Assembly (NCBI GenBank): GCA_964035545.1 | Contig: OZ037765.1 | Location: 21,885,504 to 21,949,503, forward strand | From: Bugula neritina | Taxonomy: Eukaryota > Animalia > Bryozoa | DNA length: 64,000 nucleotides | Direction: 5' to 3' | Shown: one piece after another, positions 28,614 through 43,200 of the stretch | Position numbering within the stretch: the stretch's first letter is position 1 | How the letters are laid out: every line of letters starts with the position of its first letter | Made by a program: the position numbers and the translations under genes | Notes under the pieces: generated by a model | What the model saw: the letters and a program-made list of their open reading frames with translations, nothing else | What the model was told of the DNA's origin: nothing | The model's database searches: none

Positions 28614-31600
28614 CTATTCCTTCTTTTTCTTTGACTTTCTGGGTTCTTGGTCACCAGGAGACTTTTGTTCAGACAAACCAGTTGCTCCTTCTTCTGTTAC
28701 TGAAGAAGGTGACACAGACTGCTCCTCAGCTTTCCTTTTTCTTGGAGACTTCCTTATTGGAGTCTCTTCTTTCATTGGTGATTTTTCTTTTATTGGTGAC
28801 TTTCCTTTTCCAGTACCTTTCATTGGTGATTTTTCTTTTCCAGTACTTTTTGTTGGAGATTTTTCTTTTCCAGTACCTTTTGTTGGTGACTTTCCTTTTC
28901 CAGTACTTTCTATTGGTGATTTTCCTTTTCCAGTACCTTTCATTGGTGATTTTTCTTTTCCAATACTTTTTGTTAGAGATTTTTCTTTTCCAGTACCTTT
29001 TGTTGGTGACTTTCCTTTTCCAGTACTTTCTATTGGTGATTTTCCTTTTCTAGTACCTTTCATTGGTGATTTTCCTTTTCCACTGTACTCTAAAAATGGA
29101 ATTTCCTTTTGGGGTGAAATATCCATATCAGAAGAGTTTGGAGGCCTTTCCTTAGAGAAACTCGAAGCACTGATACTTGGTGGAACAGAAACAGAGCTCA
29201 AGTCCAGAGGAGAAATTTCTGGATCAAGTATGAAGGGTGTGACTCCTTCTTGGAAGGACAGAAATGCCCGTTTTCTTTGTAAATCAGAATCTACTTTTGA
29301 GAGATGAGAGCCTAGTGGTTCTATCATCAAAAACATTGTACTGAAATCACGGTCGAGAACCTTTTTAATCATATCCTCTGTTTCTAACTCTCTCTACAAG
29401 CAAACATATAGTTATAGTCAATGTAAACTTTAGTGCAATTTTGTTTTGTTTTGTCTTTTTTTTTTTTATTTTCAGCAGTTTATAGACCTACAAGTCCATC
29501 TTTGAACAATTTCTTTAGGGCTGGTGACCGAGCTTGCAGATATTCGTTCACTGGTTTGACAATTCTTTCAACGGAAGCTTTGATAGACTCATTCCCTTGT
29601 CTCCCTATTACATGGATTGCTAGTAGAATAACCTATAACAAGTTATAATTGAAGTCATAAAGAGTAAATTGTAACTATTAACAATAAAGAGGTTTTTGTT
29701 ATCTAGTGCCTGTACAGCCCTTCTCTTACAGAGTTTGTGTGCCAGAGCATTAGCTGAAGCAAAGAAGAAAACTGTGGCAACATTTTCAACAGGTGTGCTG
29801 TCCTGCTCAGTTCAAACAGCTACCGCTAAGTTTGCTATTACTTTTTCAACTAACTGTATGTTGAAGCTAAGAAAAAGTATTCTTTAACATGCTTTAAGGT
29901 GTCATGGCTTTAAAGTTTAATACATGTTAGAGCTGCTCCGAAGTAAATAAATGTTATCCATAGACTTTCAAACTGTATATAACAAAACTCAGCACAGTAT
30001 TTAAAAATATAAAAATAATATGAACAAGAATTTCCTTAAAGTTTGAGTTAATGAGAATAATAATTTCTACAAAAGTAATACTGGTGAGAGACAGTAGCAA
30101 CACTTTGAACAAAAACCAGTAAATTGAATAATTGGGCTGTAGTTACATTACCATCATGATTCTGTCATAAGTTGGAATCTGATAGTCAGGCAGGACATGC
30201 ACCAGAAGAGATTCGAGGAGATTACGACTGTTTTCATTGGCAAGCTTAGAATTGACCTTCTCTATGACTGTTTTATATTTCTCAGAGCTTTTTATCCAGT
30301 TGGCTGCAACAAATCTTCACCAGTTTTAAAAGCACAATCATCAAGATAGAAACAATAGAGAAAAGTTGTAGAGAAATGCCTGTATTTCTAAATTAAAAAT
30401 CTATAATACAAACCATATTCAATGATATGCTTGTCTAGAGGTTGTTGGGCAGCTCTATTTCTCACAGGTGTTGAGACCTCACTGTGGAAAGCAGAAGACA
30501 ATTAAAGTCAAGCAAAATAACGAAACTAAGCCAACAGATAATTCACACAAATAGAAATAAAAGAGGTAAACTTGAACTTAATGAGTTAATGTACACAAGT
30601 TAAAGCAAAAATAGACACATGACCTAGACAGAGTTGTACTACCTTGTTGACAATATGGCGGATATAGCGCTATCTATTATGTTCTTGTTAGCTAAGGTCT
30701 TATTTCTGTTTTTGAGCTCCAGCATGCTTGCTTTAACCTTTAATGGCAATAGATCTCGAATTGATTTGCTGTAGAATGGTTTAGTGCTGGGCAATATCTT
30801 GTATGAATCTTCAAATATCCTCTTGATGTTGGTTAGCTGAATCTTCCGTCTAGTGTCTAATAACCAAATAGCTTTTTCTCTCCAAGCTTGCTGCAAATAA
30901 AATTAATATAATATAGAGAAACTTATGTAGAATCCTAATCCCCAATTCAATGGCAGTGTAACTAGAGTTTTCATTTAAGAGATGATCAGGACGGCTTCAA
31001 AAATAAAGGCTAAACAGTAACTTACTAATAGCTAACTCTACGCTGCCTAAAATATTATTCTTACTAAATATGCCAACACGTAGCAGCACTATAACCCAAT
31101 TATAGCAGCACCCATTTTTATCATTCTAATACCATTAAAACACACATACACCCTTTCTACCATTAAAAATATGCATCTGAACTAGTAGTATTATTATCTA
31201 GTTAAAAAACTTAAGCAAGTTTTCAAAAAAGCATTAACAATTTTGTGACAAGTAAGCTTACAAAGTAACTTACAATTTGCCTTCCAAAGTTACAGACAAA
31301 ATCTCGGAAAATGCGGCTTGCAACATCCAAGAGGCGATTAGAATTCCATAAATCGTCTGCATTTACTGCCAGGCAGTTGACCATTTCACCAATTATTATC
31401 ATCATCTAAATATTTAATAAAATGCAATGCTGAGGGTTCAAATAGTTATAAGTAGTTTATAAACTTATGTTGGTAGCTGTAATAATTGTATGAGCAGTAG
31501 CAGCCACTACAAGCAGTAGCAGCACTACAAGCAGCAGCAGCAGCAGCAATATCAGCAGCAGGTACAAAAGAAAGTTCTAAGAATTTCATATAAGGAAGAT

Positions 31601-32260
31601 TGTTTACCATCATCAAGCAATCATCAGAGAAGTTACGGGTGTTTGCATTAAAAAAGTATAGATCTACGAGAGTATGTAGCCTCAGGTTTATGGGAAGTGG
31701 ATTGTCTTTATCCAGTAATTCACTCATGAAGAATCCGCAAGTCTTTTCATAGTCGACTTGACTTCTAATGCGATCACCTTAAATGAATATAATATTTTGG
31801 TGAAAATTTAGGTGAGGAGTTTGAATTAATCACGTCTCCAGGCACATACAATTAAAAAAACAAATAAAATGCTTCTCAAAACCACAAATAATTGTTGGCT
31901 ATTACAGTGAAATCGGGTATCTCTGTCAGTCAAAAGAAAATGACACTGGACATTTTTAAAAGAATCATGAACTAGTTACAATATTAAAAAATGCAGTTCA
32001 AGTCAAAATACATAGTATATTTTGTGCTTTTATTATTTGGCTCTTTGAATTGCAATAAAATATTCAAACTTAACACTGGGGCACATCATCTAGACAAACT
32101 AATGAATGCGGCACTATTAGAACTTCAACATATTCACCATATTGTTTGAGAATATCATTTATTTCTGTATCCCAAAGCGTTCTGCTCATGGTTCTCAAAT
32201 GTATAAATTCCTGGATTGTACTCTCTGATGCGTCATTTCTAAAACTGGTAACATTGACCA
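28614..32260 (-). CDS. Uncharacterised protein, intact 3' part (8 exons, about 638 codons), ending in KSPxK repeats and a basic tail
   Basis: Exons 32075-32260, 31566-31777, 31274-31405, 30643-30890, 30414-30481, 30152-30303, 29492-29632 and 28614-29393 splice in frame with GT-AG and no stops. No domain recognised. Confidence 0.7.
28772..29081 (-). repeat. 30-bp coding tandem repeat (GK[GE]KSPxKxT), about 10 copies with a 120-bp higher-order period
   Basis: Units GKGKSPMKGT/RKGKSPIEST/GKGKSPTKGT/GKEKSLTKSI recur as a 4-unit block. Confidence 0.92.
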
Positions 32261-32295
32261 CTAAGAAAACGTAATAACAAAATACTATAATATTA

Positions 32296-33861
32296 CCGAT
32301 GCTAAATGAAGGCTATCGGTGATAATAGGAAAATCATACAATTATGACTGTTCCTTTGTCACAATGAAAAACAAGTCCCTAGTCTGCTTTAAAGAATCAG
32401 GGGTTCTCACAGGTTTAGCTACCATAAACAATTGTGAGTTTAGGCATTCTAAATGAGCAGTTACAGCGTCTGCCAGCTTACTACCAGTAATTATGTCTGT
32501 AACAGTAACTAGCAGCATGTTTACATGCACACTGTGGGTATGTGTGTCTTATAGTCCATCATCATAGCATATTAATAGCTCCTACAACTGCGCAGCAAAA
32601 GCCACAATCAGTGAATCAAATGTATTGCCAAAGTCTGAGACAACAAATCTGCCAGAATATTTCTGTTCCCTTAACTGGAATTGTTTGGGGCTGGTGGTGC
32701 AACTTGGGTGACCAATGGGCTCTGGAACACATCATTTTGGTTTATTTGTTTTTTGTGTATAATTCTGCTGCTGTTGGAAAGCATTGGTTATCCTGATCAG
32801 TTGCAATTAGTAGAGCCAAAGAGCAAGTTATACTACTTATAATTTTACATTAAACAAGATACATATTACTAACTATTGAAATCTAAGAGCAGAAGCTGTA
32901 TTATCAAGTTATCAGAGAAGAGCTAAAGGTTTGTCTGCTATTAATTTTTTTATCATTTATTGTCTTAATGCTGTAATATCGATGCTTTTAGTTTATATTA
33001 TATAAAATGGTTTATAGCTGTCATTATTTTTAGTGAATTATTATGCAATAATATTTTTGCTTACTTTAATAATTTTTATGTGTGTTATTTCCTTACAGTT
33101 CTTATTTTCTTGTACTTTATTTAGCCTTATATTGTGTGTATTGTGTAGCTTTGTGAGCAAAAGTGTTATAAGTTGGAATAAAATACTAATAACTACACTC
33201 ACAAGACATCAGTTGAATTTCTAAACCTACTCTGATAAGCTTGCAGTTGCTAGCAGACCTAACAAAACTGCTACAATGTAGTTGTCTTATCTATAATTAC
33301 TAGCTCAGCATTATGGGCAATGCAAAACCTTGATCTCGTAATGTAAAAACTTCTATCCTATTAATGTTGGTGCTCAATGAAGCATAATTTTAAAATTTCC
33401 AAAATTAATTACAATAAAATGTTTACCATGAATGAAATTAACATATCAAGTAATGGAAGCTATAAAACTGGCAAATGCTTGGCAAATTTTGCAAATCTCC
33501 TTTCGATTCTAGTTCCTTAAAACACATATATGTAAGTGGAATTGATAATGCTGCACAATTACAGTAGTAACCTGAAAATTGATGGTCATGTTAGCTGTAC
33601 TATAACCAGCAAATACACTCTCTAGCTATTAAAATTACTGCCATCTGTATATATTACCTATAGTGATATTTTAAACTAGTAATAAACAAGTTTTAAAACT
33701 TAAATTTACACAATATCACATAAAAATAAGTAAAACTGTTTGTTGACATACCAGTAAAGAGCAACTGCAGTCAATGCATTTGTAGGGCTGCAAGCTGTGA
33801 TATGGACATCTTGCCGCTTTGCAACCTTTTTTCCTGGAGATACGGCTTCATCGTCTGCCAT
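32296..33861 (-). pseudogene. Decayed 5' exons of the same uncharacterised gene
   Basis: ATG exon 33752-33861 (MADDEAVSPGKKVAKRQ...) with a GTATGT donor. Segment about 32550-32830 reads protein-like only with two frameshifts at A6 and C4 runs plus TAG/TAA stops. Segment 32296-32497 contains an in-frame TAA. Confidence 0.5.
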
Positions 33862-34911
33862 CTTTTCTTTGCCAACGATTCACTTACAGTAGGCCAACTT
33901 ATATTAGAATGTTGAAGCTATTCGAAAGCTAGTCATTTCAGCTTTTAAGACTATATACTCTATTATTTAAGCTATTTATATTTAAAGCTACAAAATGCTA
34001 TGAAAATGGGTGCAGTTTAAAAAGCTTTTAATAATCTGCTTGTAGTCTTTTTGAGACTTATCCTCTTAATATGGAATGAGTTGCTAAACCTATCCTGAAT
34101 CCTAATAGCAATGGATGGCAGAACACGTTAACAAGTTATAGTACCACAAGTTATATAGTATTAGACAATTCTGCAGAAGATTATGAGTGTAAAATCATAA
34201 AATTCTAGCTGCCAAAAAATAATTAAAATATAGGTTTGGAGACATTTTAGAGACAATGTTTCCAGTAACTTTTAAAATTTTATTATCCCAGCTGAATGTT
34301 AAACTTGATCATAATACCTTACTCGTGTGTAAATACAGGCTAGAGTTTGTGTGCAAGGCAAAATTAATTGTTTTATAGTTTGAAACTTATTGATAATATT
34401 AGTAAGAATGCAAAAGGCATGTTTTATTTTATATCATCAATTACTGCCAATATGCTTTTACCAAAACTAAAAAAGAATTGTTTCTACTTTACCTTATTGA
34501 TATCAGCTAAATGCTTGCATTAACAGCAGCTAATGTGAAAAAAATGTAGCTATTAATTTTAAAGACGGCAAGCACAATCTTTTGCCTACTACTGGAGAGT
34601 CAGAGAATCACTAACATGTTGAGTTTCAAATATAGCACTGAGCTCTAAATATTTAACTCAGTTTTAATTACAGAGCTTTATACAGATTACCACCATAGAT
34701 CAATTAAAATTTTTTGGTACAAATGTTTTGTTGAATAAAGTGATAGAAAACGTTTTGTGCTGTAGTACTGATAGTTATGTTTAGACTTTAGAGTTTAGAC
34801 TTTAGAGCATTCAGTCAAGAGCTATAATTGTGAGTTGTCTTCTATTAATCAAACTGACAAATATACTGCTACAGCGAGCAAACTTTTACATTCTTTATAA
34901 ATAGTTTACCT

Positions 34912-34925
34912 GTTTCAATGGAAAC
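34912..34925 (+). promoter_or_regulatory. Candidate RFX X-box upstream of DNAJC27
   Basis: GTTTCAATGGAAAC versus consensus GTTNCCATGGNAAC (one mismatch), about 380 bp upstream of the ATG. Confidence 0.45.
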
Positions 34926-35301
34926 GAACACCAAAAGTTAAAGTGATACGAATCTGCTGCGGGTTTGATGCTATTTTACTTCATTTAGGTAGTGATTAGT
35001 ACTACCATCAACATTTTAGAAGTGCCCATAAACGCAAGATGCTATTTTTATACATAAATTTCTAAAAAATTAAAAGAGAATTAAAGCGACTAAGCCACAT
35101 ACTCGTATTCAATTTGGTATTCATATTGACTCAATTATTGAGATTCGAAGACATTAAAAACTGAAAGATTACAGAGAAATCAAATAAAATTATCATAAAT
35201 AGAACATATAATTTTTGTATATGCATAATTTTTTATAAATAAAATAACAACACAAATCTGCAAACTTCAATTTTTATACACACTGATAACAACATTAAGT
35301 G

Positions 35302-37627
35302 ATGGATCACAATAAACCGATAAGACTTAAAATCATCAGCATGGGAGATGCTGAAGTTGGCAAGGTTAGTTATCTAATTGTGATTTTAAAAATATCTTTG
35401 AACTGTGCTTGGCATATCTAAAATACTATATTTTTTGTAAAATATAATTTAAATGCTTTTACATTTTATCTGTTTTGTTCACGTGTATGCTTCATGTTCA
35501 CGTTTTATGTATTTTTAAGTTTATGCTAAGACCTAGTAAATACTTAAAAACGTAAAACAATGTTAAGATATGTAATGCTTTAGTATTTAAACTACAAAGT
35601 TGTAAACTTTTTAATTGCTTGCTAAAAATAAACAAATTGAAGTTAAAAAAGTCCATTATATAAGGGGTCTTAAGATACTGTGTCATTCATATTTAATAGT
35701 AACTAGAATTAGAACTAAGACGTTTCATAAAAAATTTTTTTGCTATTTTAAAATATTGCAAACACTTGTAACACTATATGCACACAGCAGTTGTTGCAGC
35801 AGAAGTGCTTTTATACTATGTAGATAAGATTAAAGGGTATAAAATAATATGTCTGGTTAATTCTAAGCTAGGGTTATGTTAAGCTATGTTAAAAAAATCT
35901 AAATATATACTTTTAGAGTTGTATTATCAAAAGATACTGCGAAAAAAGATTTGTGGCCAAGTATTTGGCAACTATTGGTATAGACTATGGTGTCACCAGG
36001 TGAGAAGTAAACTGTAGTACTTATATAGTTGTGAGTCTAAATAATTATATTTATATTACATCTAGCCACTACAAATTCAAAAACAAAGAGGTGCAATATA
36101 AATGTCATGAAGATGTAATATAAAATGTTAGATATCATGTTTTAGAGTGAGTCAAAAATCTGCTGACCTCAAGGTGAATATATTTGATATGGCAGGACAC
36201 CCCATATTTTATGAAGTAAGTGCAGTAACCTAATTGATTGTGCAAATGTTTTTTATTTTATTATATTATTTTTAAGCTCAACTAAAAAACTTTGATGGTA
36301 GTTTGTAAACACTTGTTTGAATTTTGCACCTAAAACTTAATGCTATTGGTAAATTTGTTGTATTATAAAGTATAAACGGTAAATATTATACATTTGTTTG
36401 TTGAATTAGGTTAGGAATGAGTTTTACAAAGATACACAAGGTGTGCTGTTGGTGTATGATGCTGGAAACAAGAAGTCTTTTGAGAATTTGGAGAGATGGC
36501 TAGATGAGATGAGACAAGAAATAGGAAATTCTAGAGAAATAGACAACATAGTCATATGCGTATGTGCAAATAAGGTAAATTTACTAAATGAGGGTCATGT
36601 TTATCGGCTGTGTTGCAATGCAATATAAAATTGTTACTGTTACTAAAACTTACCAGTATAAATGAGCATATTTATGAATTGATCAAAATTTTTGTAGAGT
36701 GATAAAAAGAAATTAATAGATCCTGATGAAGGCAGAATGTGGGCAGACAGCAAGGGGTTTCTCTTTTTTGAGACGTCTGCTTTTAATGGAGATGGGATAC
36801 AAGAAATGTTCCAGGTTAAATTTAAATCAGCATATTAGTTTAATTTTACCTATTCCTAAAAATGCTTCCAAACTATATATTCAATCTTTCAACATCTGTC
36901 ACATTTGCTTGTTGAAATACAATATATGATACAGCTAATTGGCCACAAACATGCGTTAAACTAATTTATCCTTAACTTTAGAGCTTGTTTGACTCAGTGG
37001 TTACCGCAGCAAGAAATGGCGGCAGGCGTGCACCAATCACCACGCAATTAGGTTACACCAAGGAGCAGGTCGACACTATACAAAGACTCAAGCACGGCAA
37101 AACAGATTATGAGAAAATGGGTCTCTATCATGGTGCTAATAAGTGAGTCACCTTTAGTAAAAGCATTTGTTATTTTTGTGTGTGTTTATATTATCAATTT
37201 GGTCAGCCATTATGTTTAATACAGGTTTTGCTTATAGGTCAAGTTATTTCTAATATTTACAGCAGTAATCTTTGTATAAAAAATTCCAGATAGGAACTTC
37301 AGCTTTTGTGATTGATAATAAAACCAGGAAATAGAGAAATGTATATATAGGAAATGTTGACTTCCAGTTATAAGCTACTAGTGATTCAACTTTCAAGTTT
37401 TATAATTATTATTTTTCTCCAAGTAAAGAAAAGCAGAGTTACTATATGCTAATATAAAAATAAGATATAATTATTGTAAGTTTTGTTGCAGAGAGGAGAT
37501 AAACAAAGCATATCGGAAGTTAGCTGTCCTGCTACACCCAGATAAGAGCGTAGCACCAGGGACAGAGGAGGCGTTCAAGCTATTAGTAGCAGCTCGTACA
37601 TCCCTATTAAAGAACACCAACACTTGA
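35302..37627 (+). CDS. DNAJC27: DnaJ homolog subfamily C member 27 (RBJ/RabJ; RJL-family GTPase plus J domain), 7 exons, 264 aa
   Basis: Exons 35302-35364, 35917-35999, 36146-36215, 36410-36574, 36698-36814, 36982-37142 and 37492-37627 (795 nt). Motifs [55 protein letters not shown], and a J domain [13 protein letters not shown]. Confidence 0.96.
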
Positions 37628-38243
37628 TGGAATGTCTTATATTTTAGTGTGGAAAGATAAACTCATAATTACAGTCATTTTTTTCAGAATTATACAATGT
37701 TTTTGTACATAAATTCAATTATTTTATTTCAACTATTAGTGTTATATGCAGCATATCAAACTTGGTTTAACACTACAAACATTACATATGCTCATATGTG
37801 TATTATAACAGACATCAAATGTTAACAAACTGACATATTCATCTACCTAGTAAGTTTTTTTTTTTATAAAATTTAAGTATCAACTGATTAACAACAAAAC
37901 ATTTCAACAAAGAGTACTACAAAAAACACAAGTATAAGTCCTGAAACACTACGGCCAGATCTACTAGAGCTGACAATTGATTTTTTTGGGTTAAATTATA
38001 AAAAACAGAAAAACTTCTAGTCTATATAGACAACATTTATACAAATTTAAATTATGGCAAATAAAATGGTGCCCTACTACTTGACGTGTTAAAATGGATA
38101 AAACAGGAAATTTACTGGAATGATTGTAACAATGTCATAAAACACCGTCGAAAAATATAAATCGCTTTGTATTGAAATTGTAGTGAGAAAATGGTACTGT
38201 CGTTTCACGCCCTAATCTGACAGTACATCCAAGACCTACATGT

Positions 38244-40136
38244 TCAGGCGAGCTCTCCAATTGGCTGATTGCTGAGCCATATCTCGTGCATGAAGTTGTA
38301 CAGCTCATCGCTTACAGAAACCTACAGGAATAAAAATTCCATTAAACAATACATACGATAAATATATTAAATTGAATGCATGTTTATAGGTGGATAAATG
38401 TGATTTAAAATAATTATTTTTGCAATCTGCTGATTCAATTTAAACTGAGGTCTAGCTGTATGAAAAAACAAAAGAGTCCCCCCCACAGTTCATATTACAA
38501 GTTGGTATTAAATCTATAGACAGCATTACATAATACATTGCATTACAAGTCAAGTAAAATGTGGCTGCTAAAAAAGAGGCTATTAATTGTTTTTTTTTAA
38601 AGAATCAGCAAACAGCTGCAAGACTCAGGCCTGTTAGGTTCACACTGAACACAAGTTGTTGTCACTCACTTTGTATGGCGTAGGATTCAACTGTCTCTTA
38701 TGATCTTCCCTCAAACAGGAAATAGATTTACACGTCCTCTCTTTTAATTCTCGTAAAGATGGCAAGGAGTATTGAACTTGGCCCTTATCCCAATACAGCT
38801 TTAGCAACACCTCCACTTTGGTTGGACACACGAAGGCTCTTTTGGATGCCTAAACAACACAATAAATATACTTATTTACCCACATGACAAACTACTCTTC
38901 CATTAGTGACCAGTGTTTCTGACAGCACATTTCTAAATGCACTTTACTTTTTCATTAATTGGGCTAATATAGCTGGTTGAAAAATGTCACAACCAAATAC
39001 AGTGTTTATACATGAATAAGTTGTAAAGATTTATTAAAAAAGTTAAAGAACTTTTCTAGACATTAGCAGGCAAAATGGCGACTATAAGTGACAGCTCACA
39101 GAAAACCCACTTTAATACATAATATAAATTACCAAATTAAAAAATTTAGAAAAAATATTGCACTGCCAGCTATTTTATAACGGTGTGCACTAAGTAGCAA
39201 TTATTTCAGTAAGTATACATGTCTATTCATTGCAAATTATAATTACAATTATCAAAATTTTATAATTAAACATTTGTAAGTAACTGCAAACTTGTTTTTA
39301 TTACAGCATAAACTGATCAGTGATATATTCCTGAATTGTCTGGTTATACAGATTACATTGGTAACACAGGCCACAGATAAGTAAAAGTATAAATAAATAA
39401 ATATATATATATATATATTTATTTATTTTATATATATATTTATTTATTTTATATATATATATAAAATAAATAAATATATATATATATTTATTTATTTATT
39501 TATTATATATATATATTCATTTATTATACACACACACACATATAGATATATGTATATATATAATAAAATTAAAAATATATATACGTGTCACAAGTTAGAT
39601 GCAAATAACACTGACTCAGCTTACTATGAAAGGGTTGCGAATAAGCAGACGTTTGCCCTCTTCTGGTGATTGCTCAGATGCAGACATGAGTACGTCAACT
39701 AATATGGTGCCATCAGCCCCGTACAGTCTGTAGATGTTCTTCTTGCCAGGAATTGTCACTTTGTTCACATCTTCACTCAACTTAATTCTCGGATCTCCAT
39801 TAATAGCAACCAACTAATGAATAGTAACAGACGGCATATATCTGTCTCAGCAGAACACATCTAATTCTATAAGTAAGAGAGCTGGGAACCTGCCCGCCCT
39901 AGTAAACCATTTGGGTTTTGAACCTAAACCGAGATGAGCTTGTTTTATCTAAAGCAACCAGTCAGTCACATTGTCTTATAGTGATGTAATATGATAACAC
40001 TGTGTGATTAGGTACACACTGTACCGTCTTTATATCATGTGATAACATGAGCTTTATCATTGCAATGAAAGTTACGAAACATATTAGTATATAAAGTGCA
40101 AAATAACGCACAATCTTCTGTAATACATAACATAAC

Positions 40137-40230
<94 letters not shown>

Positions 40231-43200
40231 ATATAATATATATAATACCTTATAAACACAGCCGAGAGCAGGCTGCTTCTGACATGTGACCAGGTGCGTA
40301 CCGATACCATAGCTGTTTATAGAATGACCTTGCTGATTGAGTGAAGTAATTGTCTCCTCATTGATATCGTTACTAGCCACTATGCTAAGTGCTTCAAACC
40401 ACGGTATGCCCATTCTACAACATTCACATTAGCAGTGATAATGGTTTTCATTTATTATCAAAACTCTCTTTCTAAAAAGCTATTTATTAAAACAAGTTTG
40501 TCAAACCAATTGAAAAGTTACAGGTAAAATATTTTCATCAATCTGGACATAAATTAAAATCCTCTTCATATAGTTTGAGTTCATGCACTGTTAGGACTTA
40601 CTTGTTGGCAACCAGTGTGAACATATTACGGACTTTGTTAGAAAGGTACGCCAGATCTCCGCTGTCCAGTCGAATGCCTTTAGCTTGATAGCCTATCTCA
40701 TGAAGTGATAAGGCCACAGCGCAAAAGTTAGGTATGCCACTCCTTCAACAAATATCACCAGAACTAAATCTACGATATAGTTACAGAAACTTGGAAAAAT
40801 TCCGAGAAACTATGCAATTAGAAAATCACCAACTTCTCAAGTTACCAAAAACAAAATATTTCTCCGGAACAGATTGTAGAAATATTTTAAAAAAATAGTC
40901 AAGTATTTATATATGAGTGATCAACTGTTTACAATAAAATGAGCATAAAAATAAAACAACTGCCCTGAGTATAATAATGAGATTAGTTTACAATCAACCT
41001 CTGGTCTCCATCATGATAGACACTAACCTAAGAACATCATAAGTATCAACTAGCACGAGAAATCCCTCAGGGAAAGAGATGGCATATGCAATGAATGCTG
41101 CTAACTCTCCTTTATTAGTCTCCTCCACAATAAAATCTGCAAACAGTCGTTCAGATTGTAAGTGAAAATATAATTAAAGCATTTTCAGACTGAAGAGTAT
41201 AAACTGTACAATACTTACAAAGATCAAATAGGAAGAATACACAAACACATACTTATAAACCAACTTTAGTTGATACCACAAAACGAAACCAAACAGCAAT
41301 GTCTTACCAGCTACAGTAACAGCAACAAATGCTAGGATAAGTTTTAGTTATCAAAGTGGTACATAAGCCGACAGGAAATGCAGTAAGTGAAAAGATACCA
41401 GACAGCCACTAAAGTTTCTCTCACCTAAATGTGAGGAGATTGTGTTGAGCCACTTGAGAGAGAGTTCTACTATGTCTGCAGTTTTCCCACTCCCATCTCT
41501 AAATGATAACATCTACAATATATCTTAATAAGTAACGTGTTGTTTAGAATAACATATTTTTTAGAACAGATAGAAACTAATATTGATATCAACATATTTG
41601 ACTCCAAATGTTGACATATATGATCTATCACATGCACCATGACTATAATATACACAAAATATCGGTAATTGAAACAATAGTTTCCCAATTACATTTTTGA
41701 GTGATAAAATAAAATTTAATAGTGGTTGATTACTAAAAATATTATCATTGACTGCTGGTACTATAAATGTAATTTTAGAATTGTATATGAAAGAAATCTC
41801 ACTCTTCACATATTAATGCTGGTTTAGGAGTTTGTGAATTTCAATAGAATATGGTAAACATATTTACATGATGGCCATTCAACTCGGAGATTCCAGCAAA
41901 AGAAGTAACAAAGGCATGGGCATGGGTTCCTTTTACTGGTATATCAAACAACTTTCCAGCCAAGACATTGCTTGTACCATCAAAACCTGAAAAAATTACA
42001 TCAGCTATTTAAAACGCCAGTTTATATGTACATGTAGTTATATATATAACACATATATTTATATATAACACATATATAAATTTTATATATACATATATGG
42101 TATGTATATATACATATATTTATATATACATATAGTTATATATACGTATATTTATATATACATATATCCTAGCACATATAACAGATAAACAATATGACTG
42201 TCTAAGGACAGAATGACAGTTATATTTGTGCTGCCGATCACAGTTATAATATGAATACCTCCCATGAAGCAATATCTCGATGCTGAAAGACCTCCATCTG
42301 GTCCTTGAGCTCGGCGTAACCCAAACTCTAAGAGAGTAGTATTTGGTCCTGAAGCTAATCTAAATCTGGCAGCATTCGTTGCTACGAGACTAAAATGGCA
42401 AACTCATATTAATAAGTAGGCATTAGATGCACAAGGCATGTATTACATAATGCATAAAATAAATTAAATAAAAGTTTAGATAAATAAATTGATTTTTAAA
42501 TTTCACATGTTTAAACCTTTTAGAAAACACAAGAAATTAACCTGATATAGAAATATCAGCCATTCTTGATGCATCTTACTTAGAACACCTTAAAGCAAGG
42601 AGTGTAATGTACCTGGCGTAATTGACAAGATTTAGTAGAGTAGTTTCTAGGAGCTGGGCAATAGGAAGAGGCCCCTCAACTGTAATGAGAGGCACTTTAG
42701 GAAACACAACTAGACCTTCATCTATAAAGTACACTTTGAGATCTTTTGCTGAAACTGCTTTCAGGTAATCAAAGAATCTTTCATCTATACCAGGCAGAAC
42801 TGTCTTTAAGTATGATATGTCTGCAAGAACAAAAATGACCCCAGGTGTTGATGATTTCCAAACAAGCAGCATGTTTCACAGGCGACATATTGTTCAGAGT
42901 GCTGCACTTATGAATGAACAAAATTCTCCAGTAATTTGCAAACTTAAACTAATTTCCTAAGCATTTTTATACCGGGAGCTCTATCGCTTCAGTACCAAGT
43001 CTTCCAAAGTATAAAATCAATACTTCAAGCATACAAACCTCTAATGCCTAGATAAAATTGATTTATCAATCACTATATCTGCTTATCACACTTATCAAGC
43101 AGAAGCAATTTTAATATCAATGACTTAATAACCATAATCAAGCTGTACCTTGATCTGTAAACTTGAAATTTTCCAAAAACTTAATGCACTCTTCCACTCC

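Noticed and set aside
32296-33571. Alternative genetic code (TAA/TAG read as Gln) explaining stops in the orphan gene
   Set aside because: Neighbouring genes use TAA, TAG and TGA as normal stops, and frameshifts are also required; ordinary decay is simpler.
36815-36981. Second U12 intron in DNAJC27 (TCCTTAAC near the acceptor)
   Set aside because: The donor is GTTAAA (U2-type) and the motif is only about 5 nt from the AG, too close for a U12 branch point.
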